A stretch of DNA of 64,000 bases from Pseudomonadota bacterium (GCA_037142195.1 JBAXBA010000003.1:1-64000), one strand, 5' to 3'; shown: positions 48,848 through 59,940, numbered from the stretch's first letter. The notes: generated from the letters alone by a model not told the origin. A program made the numbers and translations.

Positions 48848-50503
48848 CTATTCCTCTTTGAGCATGGGGATAGAAATACCTTGGATTCTTGCCGTCACTT
48901 CGGCCTCTTCATAGCCTGCATCCACGTGGCGAACCACGCCCATCCCCGGATCACTGGTCAAAACTCTATCCAGGCGCTTAGCGGCGGCATCAGTCCCATC
49001 GGCGACAATAACCATTCCCGCATGAAGGGAGTACCCCATCCCGACGCCACCTCCATGATGAAAGCTTACCCAGCTCGCTCCGTTCACGGCATTTATCAGA
49101 CAGTTTAGAATCGGCCAGTCTCCTACAGCATCACTGCCATCTTTCATGGCTTCTGTTTCTCGATTAGGGCTTGCCACCGAGCCGCAGTCCAAGTGATCTC
49201 GGCCAATAACAATGGGAGCCGACACTTTTCCTTCTGCAACAAGACGGTTGATCAGCAGACCGGCTTTGAGGCGATCTCCATAGCCAAACCAACAAATCCG
49301 AGCGGGAAGACCCTGGAAGGCGACTCTTTCTTTGGCGGCTTTCATCCAACGGGCAAGCTTGATATCATCAGGAAAAGCTTCTAACAAAGCTTGATCAATC
49401 ACTTCGATATCTTTAGGGTCGCCACTGAGAGCCACCCATCGAAAGGGGCCCGACCCTCTGCAGAATAGAGGTCGAATATACAAAGGAACAAATCCTTTAA
49501 TTTGAAAGGCCTCTTTAAAACCACCTTTAATAGCCTGAGCCCGAATGTTGTTACCGTAATCAAATACTTTTGCCCCACGCCTCTGAGCCTCAACCATAGC
49601 TTCCACATGCTCCGCCATAGTTCGGTAGGATTCTTGCTTGTAGATTTCTGGATGATCTTTGCGCAAGATTTTAGATTCTGAAAGTGTTCTTCCGTTGGGG
49701 ATATATCCATTCAGCTCGTCATGGGCTGAGGTCTGGTCTGTTACAATATCCGGAACCATGTTTAGGGCCAATAACTCTTTTAAGACATCGCCCGCAAAAC
49801 CCACAAGACCTATGGAAACAGCTTCTTTCTTGGATTGGGCTTCACGTACCCAAGCCAAAGCTGTAGAAAGATCTGGAGCCAACTTATCCAGGTAGCGAGA
49901 CGCCACGCGCTTTTGGATTCTTTCTGGATCAATATCTACCCCTAGAAATACCCCGCCTGCTATAACCGCAGCAAGTGGTTGAGCCCCGCCCATTCCGCCA
50001 AGCCCCCCTGAATAAACAAATCTACCCGCAAGGCTCCCGCCAAAATGTTGATCGGCACAAGCTGCAAACGTCTCATAGGTCCCCTGCAAAATACCTTGAG
50101 TTCCAATGTAGATCCAAGATCCCGCGGTCATCTGGCCGTACATCATAAGGCCCTTTTTCTCGAGCTCGAGAAAGTGATCCCAATTGGCCCAATTTCCGAC
50201 AAGGTTGGAATTGGCAATAAGCACCCTAGGAGCATCCTTGTGACTTTTGAAGACGGCAACCGGCTTACCAGATTGCACCAGAAGGGTCTCTTCCTCTGTA
50301 AGTTTCTTTAAACTTGCAACAATACTGTCATAGGATTCCCAATTCCGCGCTGCTTTTCCGGTGCCACCATAAACCACCAAGTTTTCTGGATCTTCAGCAA
50401 CCTCAGGATCTAGATTATTCATCAGCATACGCAGAGCGGCTTCCTGCACCCACCCTTTCGTATTTAAAGTCTTGCCTCTTGGAGCACTAATTACACGCGT
50501 CAT
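48848..50503 (-). CDS. hutU: Urocanate hydratase
   Basis: [45 protein letters not shown]. Confidence 0.98.
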   Translation of the reverse strand: MTRVISAPRGKTLNTKGWVQEAALRMLMNNLDPEVAEDPENLVVYGGTGKAARNWESYDSIVASLKKLTEEETLLVQSGKPVAVFKSHKDAPRVLIANSNLVGNWANWDHFLELEKKGLMMYGQMTAGSWIYIGTQGILQGTYETFAACADQHFGGSLAGRFVYSGGLGGMGGAQPLAAVIAGGVFLGVDIDPERIQKRVASRYLDKLAPDLSTALAWVREAQSKKEAVSIGLVGFAGDVLKELLALNMVPDIVTDQTSAHDELNGYIPNGRTLSESKILRKDHPEIYKQESYRTMAEHVEAMVEAQRRGAKVFDYGNNIRAQAIKGGFKEAFQIKGFVPLYIRPLFCRGSGPFRWVALSGDPKDIEVIDQALLEAFPDDIKLARWMKAAKERVAFQGLPARICWFGYGDRLKAGLLINRLVAEGKVSAPIVIGRDHLDCGSVASPNRETEAMKDGSDAVGDWPILNCLINAVNGASWVSFHHGGGVGMGYSLHAGMVIVADGTDAAAKRLDRVLTSDPGMGVVRHVDAGYEEAEVTARIQGISIPMLKEE

Positions 50504-50947
50504 ATGGACCTCACTGGTTGCGGATTCTCAAATCTCGTTCTATAGAATTGCCAAAAAAATGGATGAAGTTTGAAAAAAGCATTTTTCTTAAGCCTTCCTA
50601 AAACCTTCCACTCTTTTCACTCTGTTTTTTATCGTTACCAAAAAACAAATTCCTTCGCTCACTATTAGCGTAAAACATCGTAGACCGTTGCGCTATAATT
50701 TTTGTTTGAAGCAGCAGTCTAAGGCTTGTCTGTTTTTAAAGCACTTAAAGAGGCATCTGCTGCTCTTCTTTTAAAAATAGGCCCGCAAGCCCCTCCTAAT
50801 GTCACGCCAGAAACCGGCCCTATGAGCCGATGATGAAAATGTTCTCTACGTTCGCTACAGAAGTCATGAGAACCATGCAAAAAAAACTCGCATTCTAAGT
50901 CTATTGGTTTAAAATCTTAGGATTCAAATTTCATTAGGATTCCCATC

Positions 50948-51490
50948 ATGAAAATAGCTCAAGCCTCCCTATTAGCTCTAGGAGTCATGTTTTCCCTCCC
51001 TTTGAGGGCTGAAATCCTGAGTGTCGGTGCTCCCCTTCCGAAGTTGACCCTTGAAGGAAAAGATGGCGGCAAAATCGATGGTTCGACTTGGTCGACAGCA
51101 GAGCTCCCAGGAAAGGCTTGGTCCTTGTTTTATGTAGACCCCGACGAGAAAGATATGAATAAAGAGGCCCAAGACGCCATAAAAGCTAAAAAATTTCCCC
51201 TTGAAAAGCTTCGTAGTGTAGCCATGGTAAATATGGCAGCAACAGTGATTCCTAATTTCTTGATAAGTGGCAAGATTGAAAAATCACAAAAAGAATACCC
51301 CAATACAGTCTATGTAAAAGATATTCATAAGTTTGGTGTCAAGACTTGGGGACTTTCTGATGATTCTAGCAATGTGGTCATCATTGGAGCCGACGGCCTA
51401 GTAAAATACTTTTTTAAAGGAAAACTTCCCACTGATGAAATTAGCAAAATGCTAACAGTCATTGAAAAAACGGTAACGGAAGTTCCCTAA
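50948..51490 (+). CDS. YtfJ family exported thioredoxin-like protein
   Basis: Signal peptide; WS...L.GK...LFYVDPD, WGL.DDSS. Confidence 0.7.
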   Translation: MKIAQASLLALGVMFSLPLRAEILSVGAPLPKLTLEGKDGGKIDGSTWSTAELPGKAWSLFYVDPDEKDMNKEAQDAIKAKKFPLEKLRSVAMVNMAATVIPNFLISGKIEKSQKEYPNTVYVKDIHKFGVKTWGLSDDSSNVVIIGADGLVKYFFKGKLPTDEISKMLTVIEKTVTEVP

Positions 51491-51719
51491 CGCCACATCG
51501 CACCCCCCACTGTTTGGAATCAAGATTCAGGTCTTTTTCCAACAGATCCCCTCTAGGGACTTCACAGCCAAAGAACGCTACTAGAGGAAAAAATCGACTC
51601 ACCACTCGGCAGTCCAAACCTCGTCTTGTGCTACAAAATAAAACGAACGCACCATCTAATGGTCTGATATTTTTAGTTTTTTGATATTTTACACCCCTCC
51701 TGCGCCGCCCTCCCCCCAT

Positions 51720-51746
51720 TAAAGGAAACTCTCCTCCTTCCGATAC
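51720..51746 (+). promoter_or_regulatory. Sigma28 (FliA)-like promoter
   Basis: TAAA-N15-TCCGATAC upstream of the response regulator/kinase pair. Confidence 0.5.
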
Positions 51747-51785
51747 CCTTAAGGCCTTATGGATTTCTGGAGGTTAGGAAGCGTT

Positions 51786-52145
51786 ATGACTTTTAAAATC
51801 ATATATTTGGATGACGAGTCTGATATTTGCGAAGACTTTGCACTCATCATGGAGTCAGAAACCATTCAAGTCATAACATTTAATTCACCCTTAGAACTCC
51901 TGCAGAAGATCGATAGTATTAAACCTGATCTTATCGTCTCCGACTATAGAATGCCCGGTCTAACAGGAATTGAACTTGCGAAGAAGCTCTCGCCCCAATT
52001 GCCTAAAGTGTTGCTAACCGGTGAGTTGAGCCTCAAAGACACTTCTGATTTTGTCAAAGTCTTTCAAAAGCCTTGTGATTTTAAAACGCTAAGAAATTTT
52101 CTTTATGAATTAGAAGCCAAAATCACAAAGGACCGCGCATCATGA
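51786..52145 (+). CDS. Single-domain response regulator
   Basis: YLDDE, SDYRMPG, LTG, KP; ATGA overlap with the kinase. Confidence 0.9.
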   Translation: MTFKIIYLDDESDICEDFALIMESETIQVITFNSPLELLQKIDSIKPDLIVSDYRMPGLTGIELAKKLSPQLPKVLLTGELSLKDTSDFVKVFQKPCDFKTLRNFLYELEAKITKDRAS

Positions 52146-54139
52146 ATCTCGATAAAATCAACTTCAAACTTATTGGCCTTCTATTGATTGGAATTATGGC
52201 CTCATCAAGCGTCTATGTCTATCGCGCATTCGTGGAAGGTTATGTAGAACTCGATCAAAAATCCACGGAGGACTCTTTAGCGAGAGTTCATCAATCCCTT
52301 TTGGAGCAACAGAGATTTATTCAAGAAAAAATTGTTGATTGGGCCATATGGGACGAAGCTGCTGAATATATACGAAATCGCAATGAAAATTTTGCAAAGA
52401 AAAATTTAACGGAGGACTCGCTCAAGGCTCTTAGTATTGATTTTGTGGCTTTTCTTTCTCTGGATTTAAAGGTTATTGGTAAGATGCCCCCTTATGGTCA
52501 GGTTTTCTCCGAAGAGATGTCTGGAAAATTTAGTTTTTTAGACCCCAAGGGTTCCCTCATTTCCCCTCCAGAGGGCCCTTCTTCGGTGGAATTTGCACCC
52601 TATGGCGAGCAAATCGCTATTGTGGCAGCACATACGGCATCACGAGGCGACGGCACCGATTCTGGAGGAAAAGTTGTTTTTCTCAAAACTATCGGTGAAG
52701 ATATGCTCAAGCGCATCTCTGAACAAAACAAGTTGAAAGTTGAGCTGGTACCAGCAAGTAGCCTTCCAGATAGCGCTAACTGGCACAGCTTGAATTTTGG
52801 GGGTTTTGAAAACAAACCGAAATTTGCATTAGGTTTCGTAGCGATCAAAGACTCCCACGACAAAGTACTAGGATATTTAAAAACAGAAATCTCGCGAGAT
52901 GTTCTTCTGTTTGGAACGCACACAGCCAAAAATTTGTTTATTCTCATGATGGCGATTTTTTTAGGTTTAATAGCTGCATTCGTTTCCTTTGCCTTATTTT
53001 TTGCCAAAGCCCAAGAACTCAAGAGAAAAGCAAAGATCGTCGATCAGCTGTCGGAAGCACAAGCTTTAGCATCTATCGGCAGTTTTGAATATTCCCCAGA
53101 ATCAGGGGCTATGGAAATCTCCGATCAAACGATTAAGAATCTAGACATTGCGGGGACAAAGCTCAATATTTTTGAAGCCATCGACTCAAAGCTCATGAGT
53201 ACCGACAAAGAAAAATGGCAGAAATTTATTTCTGAATCCACCGCCAGCAAACCACAATCGGTAGATGATTTCCAAATCATAACACATGAAGGCCCTAAAA
53301 CCATACAAGTGCGGCTGACGGTAAATCTAGTGGGTGCAAGCGATACAAACCAAGGGTCCCTATCTTTCAAAGGGACCGTTCAAGATGTGTCCGCAAAAGT
53401 AGTTCTCGAGAAGGAACTAGAAAATCAGAGAAGCATAGCCATGAGAAACTCTCGCCTCGCCGCACTCGGAGAAATGTCCGCTGGGGTCGCCCATGAAATT
53501 AACAATCCCATTACAATTATTGAGTGCACTCTTCTTATCATTCAGGAAAAACAATTAAACCCTGAGCAAATGAAGGCTCGGCTCGAACGCATCGCAAAAG
53601 CTTCCCAGCGCATCACTAAAATCGTCGGAGGCCTTAAGAAATTTTCAGGAACTGTTGCGACGACTGAGATTTCTCGTATCAACCTCGCAAAGGTCATACA
53701 AGAATCACTCCTTGATGTAGAACAAAAGTCCGTGAGTTCATCTGTGCGACTGATTGCCGACATAAAGGAAGGACCCATGGTCCTAGCGAATGCCATAGAA
53801 ATTGAACAGCTTATGGTGATTCTGATGAACAATGCCATAGATGCCGTGAAGACTTTAGAAGATCGATGGGTAAAAGTCATATTGGGAACCAAGGAAAATA
53901 GAGCCTTCATTCAAGTTCAGGACTCCGGCAGTGGAATCCCCCCGGAAGTAGCCGCAAGATTGTTTCAACCGTTTTTTACCACAAAAGTGGTAGGCGAAGG
54001 AACGGGGCTAGGATTATCCATAGCCAAGGGAATTGTAGATGCGCACCACGGTACGATTGAAATCTTAAACACTTTAAAGAACACCTGCTTTGAAATTAAT
54101 TTTCCTTTGGCTGAGGAAAAATCTGACGAGGCGGCTTAG
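52142..54139 (+). CDS. CHASE4 sensor histidine kinase
   Basis: DWAIWD (CHASE4), two TMs, AHEINNP H-box, NAIDA, DSGSG, PFFTTK..GEGTGLGL. Confidence 0.92.
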   Translation: MNLDKINFKLIGLLLIGIMASSSVYVYRAFVEGYVELDQKSTEDSLARVHQSLLEQQRFIQEKIVDWAIWDEAAEYIRNRNENFAKKNLTEDSLKALSIDFVAFLSLDLKVIGKMPPYGQVFSEEMSGKFSFLDPKGSLISPPEGPSSVEFAPYGEQIAIVAAHTASRGDGTDSGGKVVFLKTIGEDMLKRISEQNKLKVELVPASSLPDSANWHSLNFGGFENKPKFALGFVAIKDSHDKVLGYLKTEISRDVLLFGTHTAKNLFILMMAIFLGLIAAFVSFALFFAKAQELKRKAKIVDQLSEAQALASIGSFEYSPESGAMEISDQTIKNLDIAGTKLNIFEAIDSKLMSTDKEKWQKFISESTASKPQSVDDFQIITHEGPKTIQVRLTVNLVGASDTNQGSLSFKGTVQDVSAKVVLEKELENQRSIAMRNSRLAALGEMSAGVAHEINNPITIIECTLLIIQEKQLNPEQMKARLERIAKASQRITKIVGGLKKFSGTVATTEISRINLAKVIQESLLDVEQKSVSSSVRLIADIKEGPMVLANAIEIEQLMVILMNNAIDAVKTLEDRWVKVILGTKENRAFIQVQDSGSGIPPEVAARLFQPFFTTKVVGEGTGLGLSIAKGIVDAHHGTIEILNTLKNTCFEINFPLAEEKSDEAA

Positions 54140-54525
54140 AAAGCTGATACCCCTATACGTGCGAAGCTTTGGAAGGATGAGCGTCTGAAACATTGCCTGG
54201 TGGAACGGAGAGGATCCTAGTCCGCTGACATTTACTTTGCTCCCTTCGCTTTTGTGTTTTGTCTCAAACCAGGAAAAGCTTCAAAATCCTAGCTGCAGAT
54301 GCTCCATAAATAAAGTTGCTGGATTTCCCATTTTACAAATCTCATTTGCAAAGAAGAGAAGAAGTGTCAGCTAAAATTTAACTTGTTGAGATTATCTCAC
54401 TTTAGTCAATTCGCCCTCGAAATGCGAAAAAACGCTTAGGCAGATAATTCCTTAATTTTCAGAGGCCGCAAGAAACCATAGAAATGCCAACTGGCTCCTA
54501 TCCCAAAGAATTCCTAGTGCACCTT

Positions 54526-55854
54526 TCAGAGCTCTGGCTTTAAAAGTTTTAATGCATTCTTTAAACTTAACTTTGAGTGTTGCTCACCCGAGGATAGGTC
54601 CTTTAGGGTTAAAGTTTGACTGCTATTTTCTTCTTCACCGATGACGATAGCATAGGCCCTGTTCATTTTGTCTGCCAATGCAAATTGTTTGGCCAGTTTG
54701 CCGGGCTTAAGAGAAACCTCACAAAGAACTCCCTGAGCTCTTAAATATTCCGCTGTTTGGAATGCCCATGGTTCTACTCCCTGGCTCGCTAAAACCACAA
54801 ATACACCTGCTCTCTTGGTACTCTCTAGAACACCTAGGTCTTCAAAAGCTGCCACAAGTCGATCGAGCCCAATGGAGCCTCCGACACCAGGAAGCTCTCG
54901 ATCTACAAAACGTTGGGTGAGCTGATCATATCTGCCTCCTGAACTCACCGAACCAAAACTGGGAAGACTATCAAAGGTCGTTTCAAAAACGACCCCTGTG
55001 TAGTAGGCCAAGCCGCGAGCAATTTTAAGATCTGCCACAAGCTTAACACTTAGAGGCATGTCGATAGCCTTAACCAGATGAAGCAAACTCTCTAGACGTG
55101 CTAAAGCTGCTGTAGCTACCTCATCTGAAACCAAGCGCTCTCTTATGGCTGCAAGATCAGACCCGTCCCCATCCCTCTTTTGCAAGAGGTCCAGCAAATT
55201 CTGAGCCCCTTCACGGGTTGCACCAGAGACTAGGGAAAGTTCGTTCACGACTTTTTCTGGACCAATCTTGTCCAGTTTGTCGATAACTATGAGACATGCC
55301 GACTCGCCATGGGGAGAAAGATACACGTCTGGAAGAAAGACTTTGAGAAGCCCCCCTAAGACATCGCGATGACCCAACGTCATCGTGAAGGTTCCTTTGT
55401 TTAGCCTAGTCAAAACTTTCATGATCGCAAGAATGACTTCAAAGTCTGCGCTCACTGTGTCGGCGCCAATGATATCAAAATCACATTGGCAGAACTCACG
55501 AAAACGGCCTTTTTGGGGCTTTTCTGCGCGCCAGACATCCCCAATTTGATATCTCTTAAAGGGCATCTGCAGATTTCCGTTTTCCGCAACAAATCGCGCA
55601 AAGGGAACCGTTAAGTCATAGCGTAAGGCGACGGATCTGCCGCCATTATCTTCCCACATAAAGACTTGTTTGTCGGTTTCCCCACCCTCGCCCAATAGAA
55701 CCTCGGCATATTCCAAGGCTGGCGTTTGCAAGGCGACAAACCCTGCTTCGCTTGCAGCGCGACGCACTTCATCCATAATTTGACTGCGCAGGGACATCGT
55801 TGAACCCGAGTAGTCAGCAAATCCCTTAAGTTTCCTTGCTTCTATTTTTTTCAC
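54526..55854 (-). CDS. hisS: Histidine-tRNA ligase
   Basis: LRYDLTVP, WRAEKPQKGRFREF.QCD, RGLAYYTG, GGRYD, C-terminal anticodon domain; GTG start overlapping the lipocalin TGA. Confidence 0.95.
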   Translation of the reverse strand: MKKIEARKLKGFADYSGSTMSLRSQIMDEVRRAASEAGFVALQTPALEYAEVLLGEGGETDKQVFMWEDNGGRSVALRYDLTVPFARFVAENGNLQMPFKRYQIGDVWRAEKPQKGRFREFCQCDFDIIGADTVSADFEVILAIMKVLTRLNKGTFTMTLGHRDVLGGLLKVFLPDVYLSPHGESACLIVIDKLDKIGPEKVVNELSLVSGATREGAQNLLDLLQKRDGDGSDLAAIRERLVSDEVATAALARLESLLHLVKAIDMPLSVKLVADLKIARGLAYYTGVVFETTFDSLPSFGSVSSGGRYDQLTQRFVDRELPGVGGSIGLDRLVAAFEDLGVLESTKRAGVFVVLASQGVEPWAFQTAEYLRAQGVLCEVSLKPGKLAKQFALADKMNRAYAIVIGEEENSSQTLTLKDLSSGEQHSKLSLKNALKLLKPEL

Positions 55855-56432
55855 TTTATAGAACCCTTGTCTTCCCAGCATCCTAACTGTAGCGTTTCAG
55901 AAAGATTAGAAACGTCATACCCTTGGGTTACGAGTTGACCTCGAATTGATGCCAAAATAAACAGATCCATAGTGGGTTTTCGTGAGTAAATGGCAATAGA
56001 ACTACGAGTATGGTCGATCACAACAGCATTTTGATAGGGGACATCTACGGCAACCACAAAGAAATTGTTTAAAGTATGCATTCTCTCAAAGGAAACAACC
56101 CAGGCTCCTGGCACATTTGGATCGATGATTGTGGCACGACCTTCTTGGATAATATCTGGATCCGGAATAGCTTTACGACAGCTTTTCACCACAGAAATTT
56201 CATCGAGGGACATTCTATTGAAAGAGCTCTTTGCACAGTAGCAAGGGGAACTGACTTGCTTTGGATTTTTGGTGGACGCGATTTCAAACCATTCACCCGA
56301 AAATTTATCCAAATTCAGATTGCGCAGAGACGATGGAATGGGTTCAAATTTGCCTGAAGTTGATGCCCCCTCTGAAACGGCCGCAATAAAGACAAACATG
56401 ATAGGCAAACGAAGAATAAAGTTTAGTCCCAT
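55851..56432 (-). CDS. Lipocalin family protein (Blc-like)
   Basis: LDKFSGEWFEIA and YSRKP motifs; N-terminal hydrophobic leader. Confidence 0.8.
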   Translation of the reverse strand: MGLNFILRLPIMFVFIAAVSEGASTSGKFEPIPSSLRNLNLDKFSGEWFEIASTKNPKQVSSPCYCAKSSFNRMSLDEISVVKSCRKAIPDPDIIQEGRATIIDPNVPGAWVVSFERMHTLNNFFVVAVDVPYQNAVVIDHTRSSIAIYSRKPTMDLFILASIRGQLVTQGYDVSNLSETLQLGCWEDKGSIK

Positions 56433-57191
56433 ACAACACCTCCAGAGCATTTGATATACCGACCTCTAAGAAAAACTTCTACCTATTTTTTAATTTCCTG
56501 CACTCCTTCGAATTTGGGATTTGTGAATGATACTCGACCGTTAGTTTGGCAACCCTCCTGAGCGGCCGGTTTTGTTTTTTGGCACTACCAGACATGGAAT
56601 GGAACTACCGCTGCAAAACCTCCTGCGCCAAGGAAGGCTGCCTATTGTACGTTTCGCCACACCTAGACCCAAACAGGCCAGACAGACTCCCGAAAGTGTC
56701 TTCTAGCCTTTGCAACTTCCCACAAAAACGACATCTCGATTATAGGAGTTTGCGGGCCCGGCTTCTAAAGCGGGTGAGAGCCGGCGGCTCGCATTTCAGA
56801 AACCAATCTCAAGTTTCCGCTGCAATCTCTTAACTGGGCTTCCTTTGGTACCCTGGCTTCCAACCCAAGCTTCGACGAAAACGTGTAAGGGGCGGCTTTT
56901 GGCCGATTTAAGACTCTTTCAAGTCTAGTTGTTGGTTGCATGATGTACATGAGGGGCTTGTTTTTTTTGGACGTTATTGGGACTTTTGGCCTTCGGCTGC
57001 CTCACCTTTTTTCTTGTGGCGAAACACTTTACAGTCTATCGAAATGCCTTTTGGCGATTTAGTTGGTTAGAGAAACAGCTTAAAAAAAATTCCTAACAAA
57101 AGGACGGACTCATCTATAAATCAAATGCCCTCGTCCAGGTTTAGGGAGCTCGTCGGGAAGCTTGGGCGAGAATTACGGCCGAGGGATCCTT

Positions 57192-57515
57192 TTAGCGTTT
57201 TTGTTTATCTAGTGAACTTTTTTGCTTTCCTCGCGCGAGAGGAACTACAGAAGCTGCTTCGATATTTTGTGAGGAATTAGAGGTGCTGTCGTTTTCCGAC
57301 TTTTGCTCAGTATCCTTAACATAGAGCTTTTGAATGGCTTCCAGATTCTTTTCAATTTTAGGACGTTCTGGAAACCAACTTGCCTGGCTATCGAAACTGG
57401 AAAGGGACTCGCCGGCACGCATCTTTCGGACGAGCTCCTGATTCCTTTCTTTTCTGAGTTGATCGAGTGCTTTGGGGGCTACTTCAGGGGCTACTTCTTT
57501 TTTTTCAACGGCCAT
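57192..57515 (-). CDS. Hypothetical charged protein
   Basis: ORF immediately downstream of the 57520 gene; start at MAVEKK. Confidence 0.55.
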   Translation of the reverse strand: MAVEKKEVAPEVAPKALDQLRKERNQELVRKMRAGESLSSFDSQASWFPERPKIEKNLEAIQKLYVKDTEQKSENDSTSNSSQNIEAASVVPLARGKQKSSLDKQKR

Positions 57516-57519
57516 GGAC

Positions 57520-58221
57520 TTACGCTCCAAATTCAATACCAAGCAAAACGCTTGATGAGGTTAGATGTCGTGGTTTACCTAAAACCTCTTCACCATAAAG
57601 ATAGTCAAAAGCTCCCCCAAAGGACTGCTTCATTTCTAACATCAAAGAGATGCTCGGAGATAAGCTGGTAGCTACACCTAAAGAGCCGTGAGTTGCCGAA
57701 TACTCAAGTGACTGGACTTTTGAATCGGGTCGGTAAATGGCAGCTTCCGATCCTACGACCTTCCCCCCCCTTAGAAAGAAAGCCACGGGACCAGCTTTCG
57801 TCCAAGTGGAAACCTCGACACTGACCGCATTGATATCTAGAGAGAGGTAGCTTTCCCGATCCGCCCCCTTGAGATTGGATTGGGAAAGGACAATGCCAAG
57901 TCCTACAGGAAGGGCGGTTAGCGGTTGCATATGAGCGCCTAAAATCTTAGTAGCTCCTTTAAAATTCAGCTTTGTGCTTTCCCCGTTATCTGCAATCAGA
58001 TTTGCCTTTTGAAGCCCGCCGCCTGCTTGAAAGGAAGCCGTAGCATAGGCTGTTTGATGTCCTGTAAGAAAAGACAGGATCCAAAGAGCAAAAACTCCCA
58101 CCGTCATGTTGGAATGGGGAGCCGAACGCCTACGAAGGAAAAGTACTCTCATGGATTTCGTCTTCAATATCAGCCCCTTAAATAATACTACCTTGACTTG
58201 AGTCCCTAAGGCCCGTCCCAT
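57520..58221 (-). CDS. Putative outer-membrane beta-barrel protein (start likely downstream of 58221)
   Basis: Signal-like segment ending AYA; beta-strand pattern; ends LGIEFGA. Confidence 0.6.
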   Translation of the reverse strand: MGRALGTQVKVVLFKGLILKTKSMRVLFLRRRSAPHSNMTVGVFALWILSFLTGHQTAYATASFQAGGGLQKANLIADNGESTKLNFKGATKILGAHMQPLTALPVGLGIVLSQSNLKGADRESYLSLDINAVSVEVSTWTKAGPVAFFLRGGKVVGSEAAIYRPDSKVQSLEYSATHGSLGVATSLSPSISLMLEMKQSFGGAFDYLYGEEVLGKPRHLTSSSVLLGIEFGA

Positions 58222-58410
58222 TGGGAAACCTATTCATGGCTTAAGTTATAATCAGATCATAACATTTTTCTCTTAAATATTCATATAGGTAGGAATGTTC
58301 CTAGTCACCACACGAAAAGCAAAATTGCCAAAGAATCCTCAAAGACTCTGTAACTTGCCTATTTAAAGCAAATACCACGTCAAATGTTAAAAAATTCAGG
58401 CCAGAATCAG

Positions 58411-59187
58411 CTAAACGAGAGAGACTGGATCGGACTCCACTTGACTTGCAAAAACGCTGAGGCCAGGAAACTTTATGCCAATTCTTTGAGCCATGACTTC
58501 CATGGCAAATCTTTCACTTAGAAAATGACCCACCAAAATCAGAGTTATACCCAAGGAGCGAGCTAAAAGACTATGGTGAAATGTGGCTTCTCCTGTAATG
58601 AAACAATCAATCCCTTTTGCGTGGGCCGTCGAAATAAAGTCGCCACCTGAGCCACAAACGACACCCACCTTTTTAACCTTGGGTTTAGCCCTAACGACTG
58701 AGATGTGCTTTAGAGATAAAAAGGCCTTGAGGTCATTCAAGATTTGATCCACCGCGAGGTCCCCTCTAGTCATCCTTCCGAGCCCCCCTGAAAGCCCCTC
58801 TCTTGGGGTTATGGGCTCCATCTCTGTAAATCCAAGACCTCTCAAAATCAATTCATTGATTCCCTCTGAAGCCCCGTCAAAGGCTGTGTGGGAGGAAAAA
58901 ACAGCGATTCCGCTTTCTATCAACCTTAAAAAAATACGACCTTCCACGGTAGCGTCGGTATACTTGCTACTAGGTTTAAAGGGAAAGGGATGGTGAGTGA
59001 CAATCAAACCCACACCTGCGGCACAAGCTTCCTCAGCCACGTCGGGAGAGAGAGTCAAGCAAGTAATCACCTTACTGACCGAAGCACTGCGTCGACCGAT
59101 CAATAACCCGACATTGTCCCATGACTCTGCCAGGGCTAAGGGCGACATCTCGCAAAGAAATTGCTCTATTTCAGAAACCTTTCGCAA
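58411..59187 (-). CDS. Nif3-like dinuclear metal center protein (YbgI/DUF34)
   Basis: AESWDNVGL, THHP, HTAFD, GSGG, TGE..HH, GHF.SE; TTG start inferred after GAGG. Confidence 0.92.
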   Translation of the reverse strand: MRKVSEIEQFLCEMSPLALAESWDNVGLLIGRRSASVSKVITCLTLSPDVAEEACAAGVGLIVTHHPFPFKPSSKYTDATVEGRIFLRLIESGIAVFSSHTAFDGASEGINELILRGLGFTEMEPITPREGLSGGLGRMTRGDLAVDQILNDLKAFLSLKHISVVRAKPKVKKVGVVCGSGGDFISTAHAKGIDCFITGEATFHHSLLARSLGITLILVGHFLSERFAMEVMAQRIGIKFPGLSVFASQVESDPVSLV

Positions 59188-59238
59188 ACCGACCTCTTCT
59201 TGTAATCTCATGCTATCATAGCATGAAAGGGGGACCTG

Positions 59239-59865
59239 ATGGCTAATAATCGTTCCATTCATAACATCATTTTTGATCTCGGGGGTGTCTTTTTAAACCT
59301 GGATTTCTCCCTTACTATTTCAGCGCTCCAGAAGCTCATAGGAATAGAGATCTATGCCCGGCACCACCAGTTTGAATTTATAGACCAGTTTGAAATGGGA
59401 CTCCTTTCAGCAGCAGAATTTCGTTCAGAAATTAGAATGTTAGCTTCCGCATCGGGAGTGAAACAAGCTCTTTCAGACCAAGAGATTGATCTTGCTTGGA
59501 ATGCTATGCTTAAAGATTTGCCACTTCGGCGTATCGAATGGCTTAAAGGCATCTCGTCTAAAAAAAGGGTTTTCCTTCTTTCCAATACTAACGAAATCCA
59601 TAAATTGGCCTTTGATCAAATCGCAGCAAAAACGATGGGTTCCATCAAAGCTTTTGATGAAATCTTTGAAGGAGCCTATTACTCCCACCTCATAGGACTC
59701 AGAAAACCCAATCCCGACATCTATAAGTACATCGTGGATCGCCATGGTTTAGATGCTCACCACACACTTTTTATCGATGACACACATAGCAATTTGATCG
59801 GCGCTGAAGCAGCTGGACTTATGGTGAAACATCTCACGGAAGATGTCACTTCCTTGGTGTTTTAG
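59239..59865 (+). CDS. HAD-superfamily phosphatase
   Basis: FDLGGV, LLSNTN, RKP, FIDD. Confidence 0.92.
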   Translation: MANNRSIHNIIFDLGGVFLNLDFSLTISALQKLIGIEIYARHHQFEFIDQFEMGLLSAAEFRSEIRMLASASGVKQALSDQEIDLAWNAMLKDLPLRRIEWLKGISSKKRVFLLSNTNEIHKLAFDQIAAKTMGSIKAFDEIFEGAYYSHLIGLRKPNPDIYKYIVDRHGLDAHHTLFIDDTHSNLIGAEAAGLMVKHLTEDVTSLVF

Positions 59866-59871
59866 GGCAAA

Positions 59872-59923
59872 TGGCTAGAAAAAATGGCTAGAAAAAATGG
59901 CTAGAAAAAATGGCTAGAAAAAA
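59872..59923. repeat. 13-bp tandem repeat (TGGCTAGAAAAAA) x4
   Basis: Read directly, between convergent stop codons. Confidence 0.95.
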
Positions 59924-59940
59924 TCACCCGCTCTTTCGCC

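Noticed and set aside
54526..55854. HisZ rather than HisS
   Set aside because: Has the anticodon-binding domain and full motifs; HisG is the long form, which needs no HisZ
157..55854. A histidine super-cluster (his operon, hutU, hisS)
   Set aside because: Separated by tens of kb of unrelated genes; no shared motif seen; likely coincidence
59872..59923. Possible CRISPR array or iterons
   Set aside because: Spacer-less 13-bp tandem with no rep or cas gene nearby
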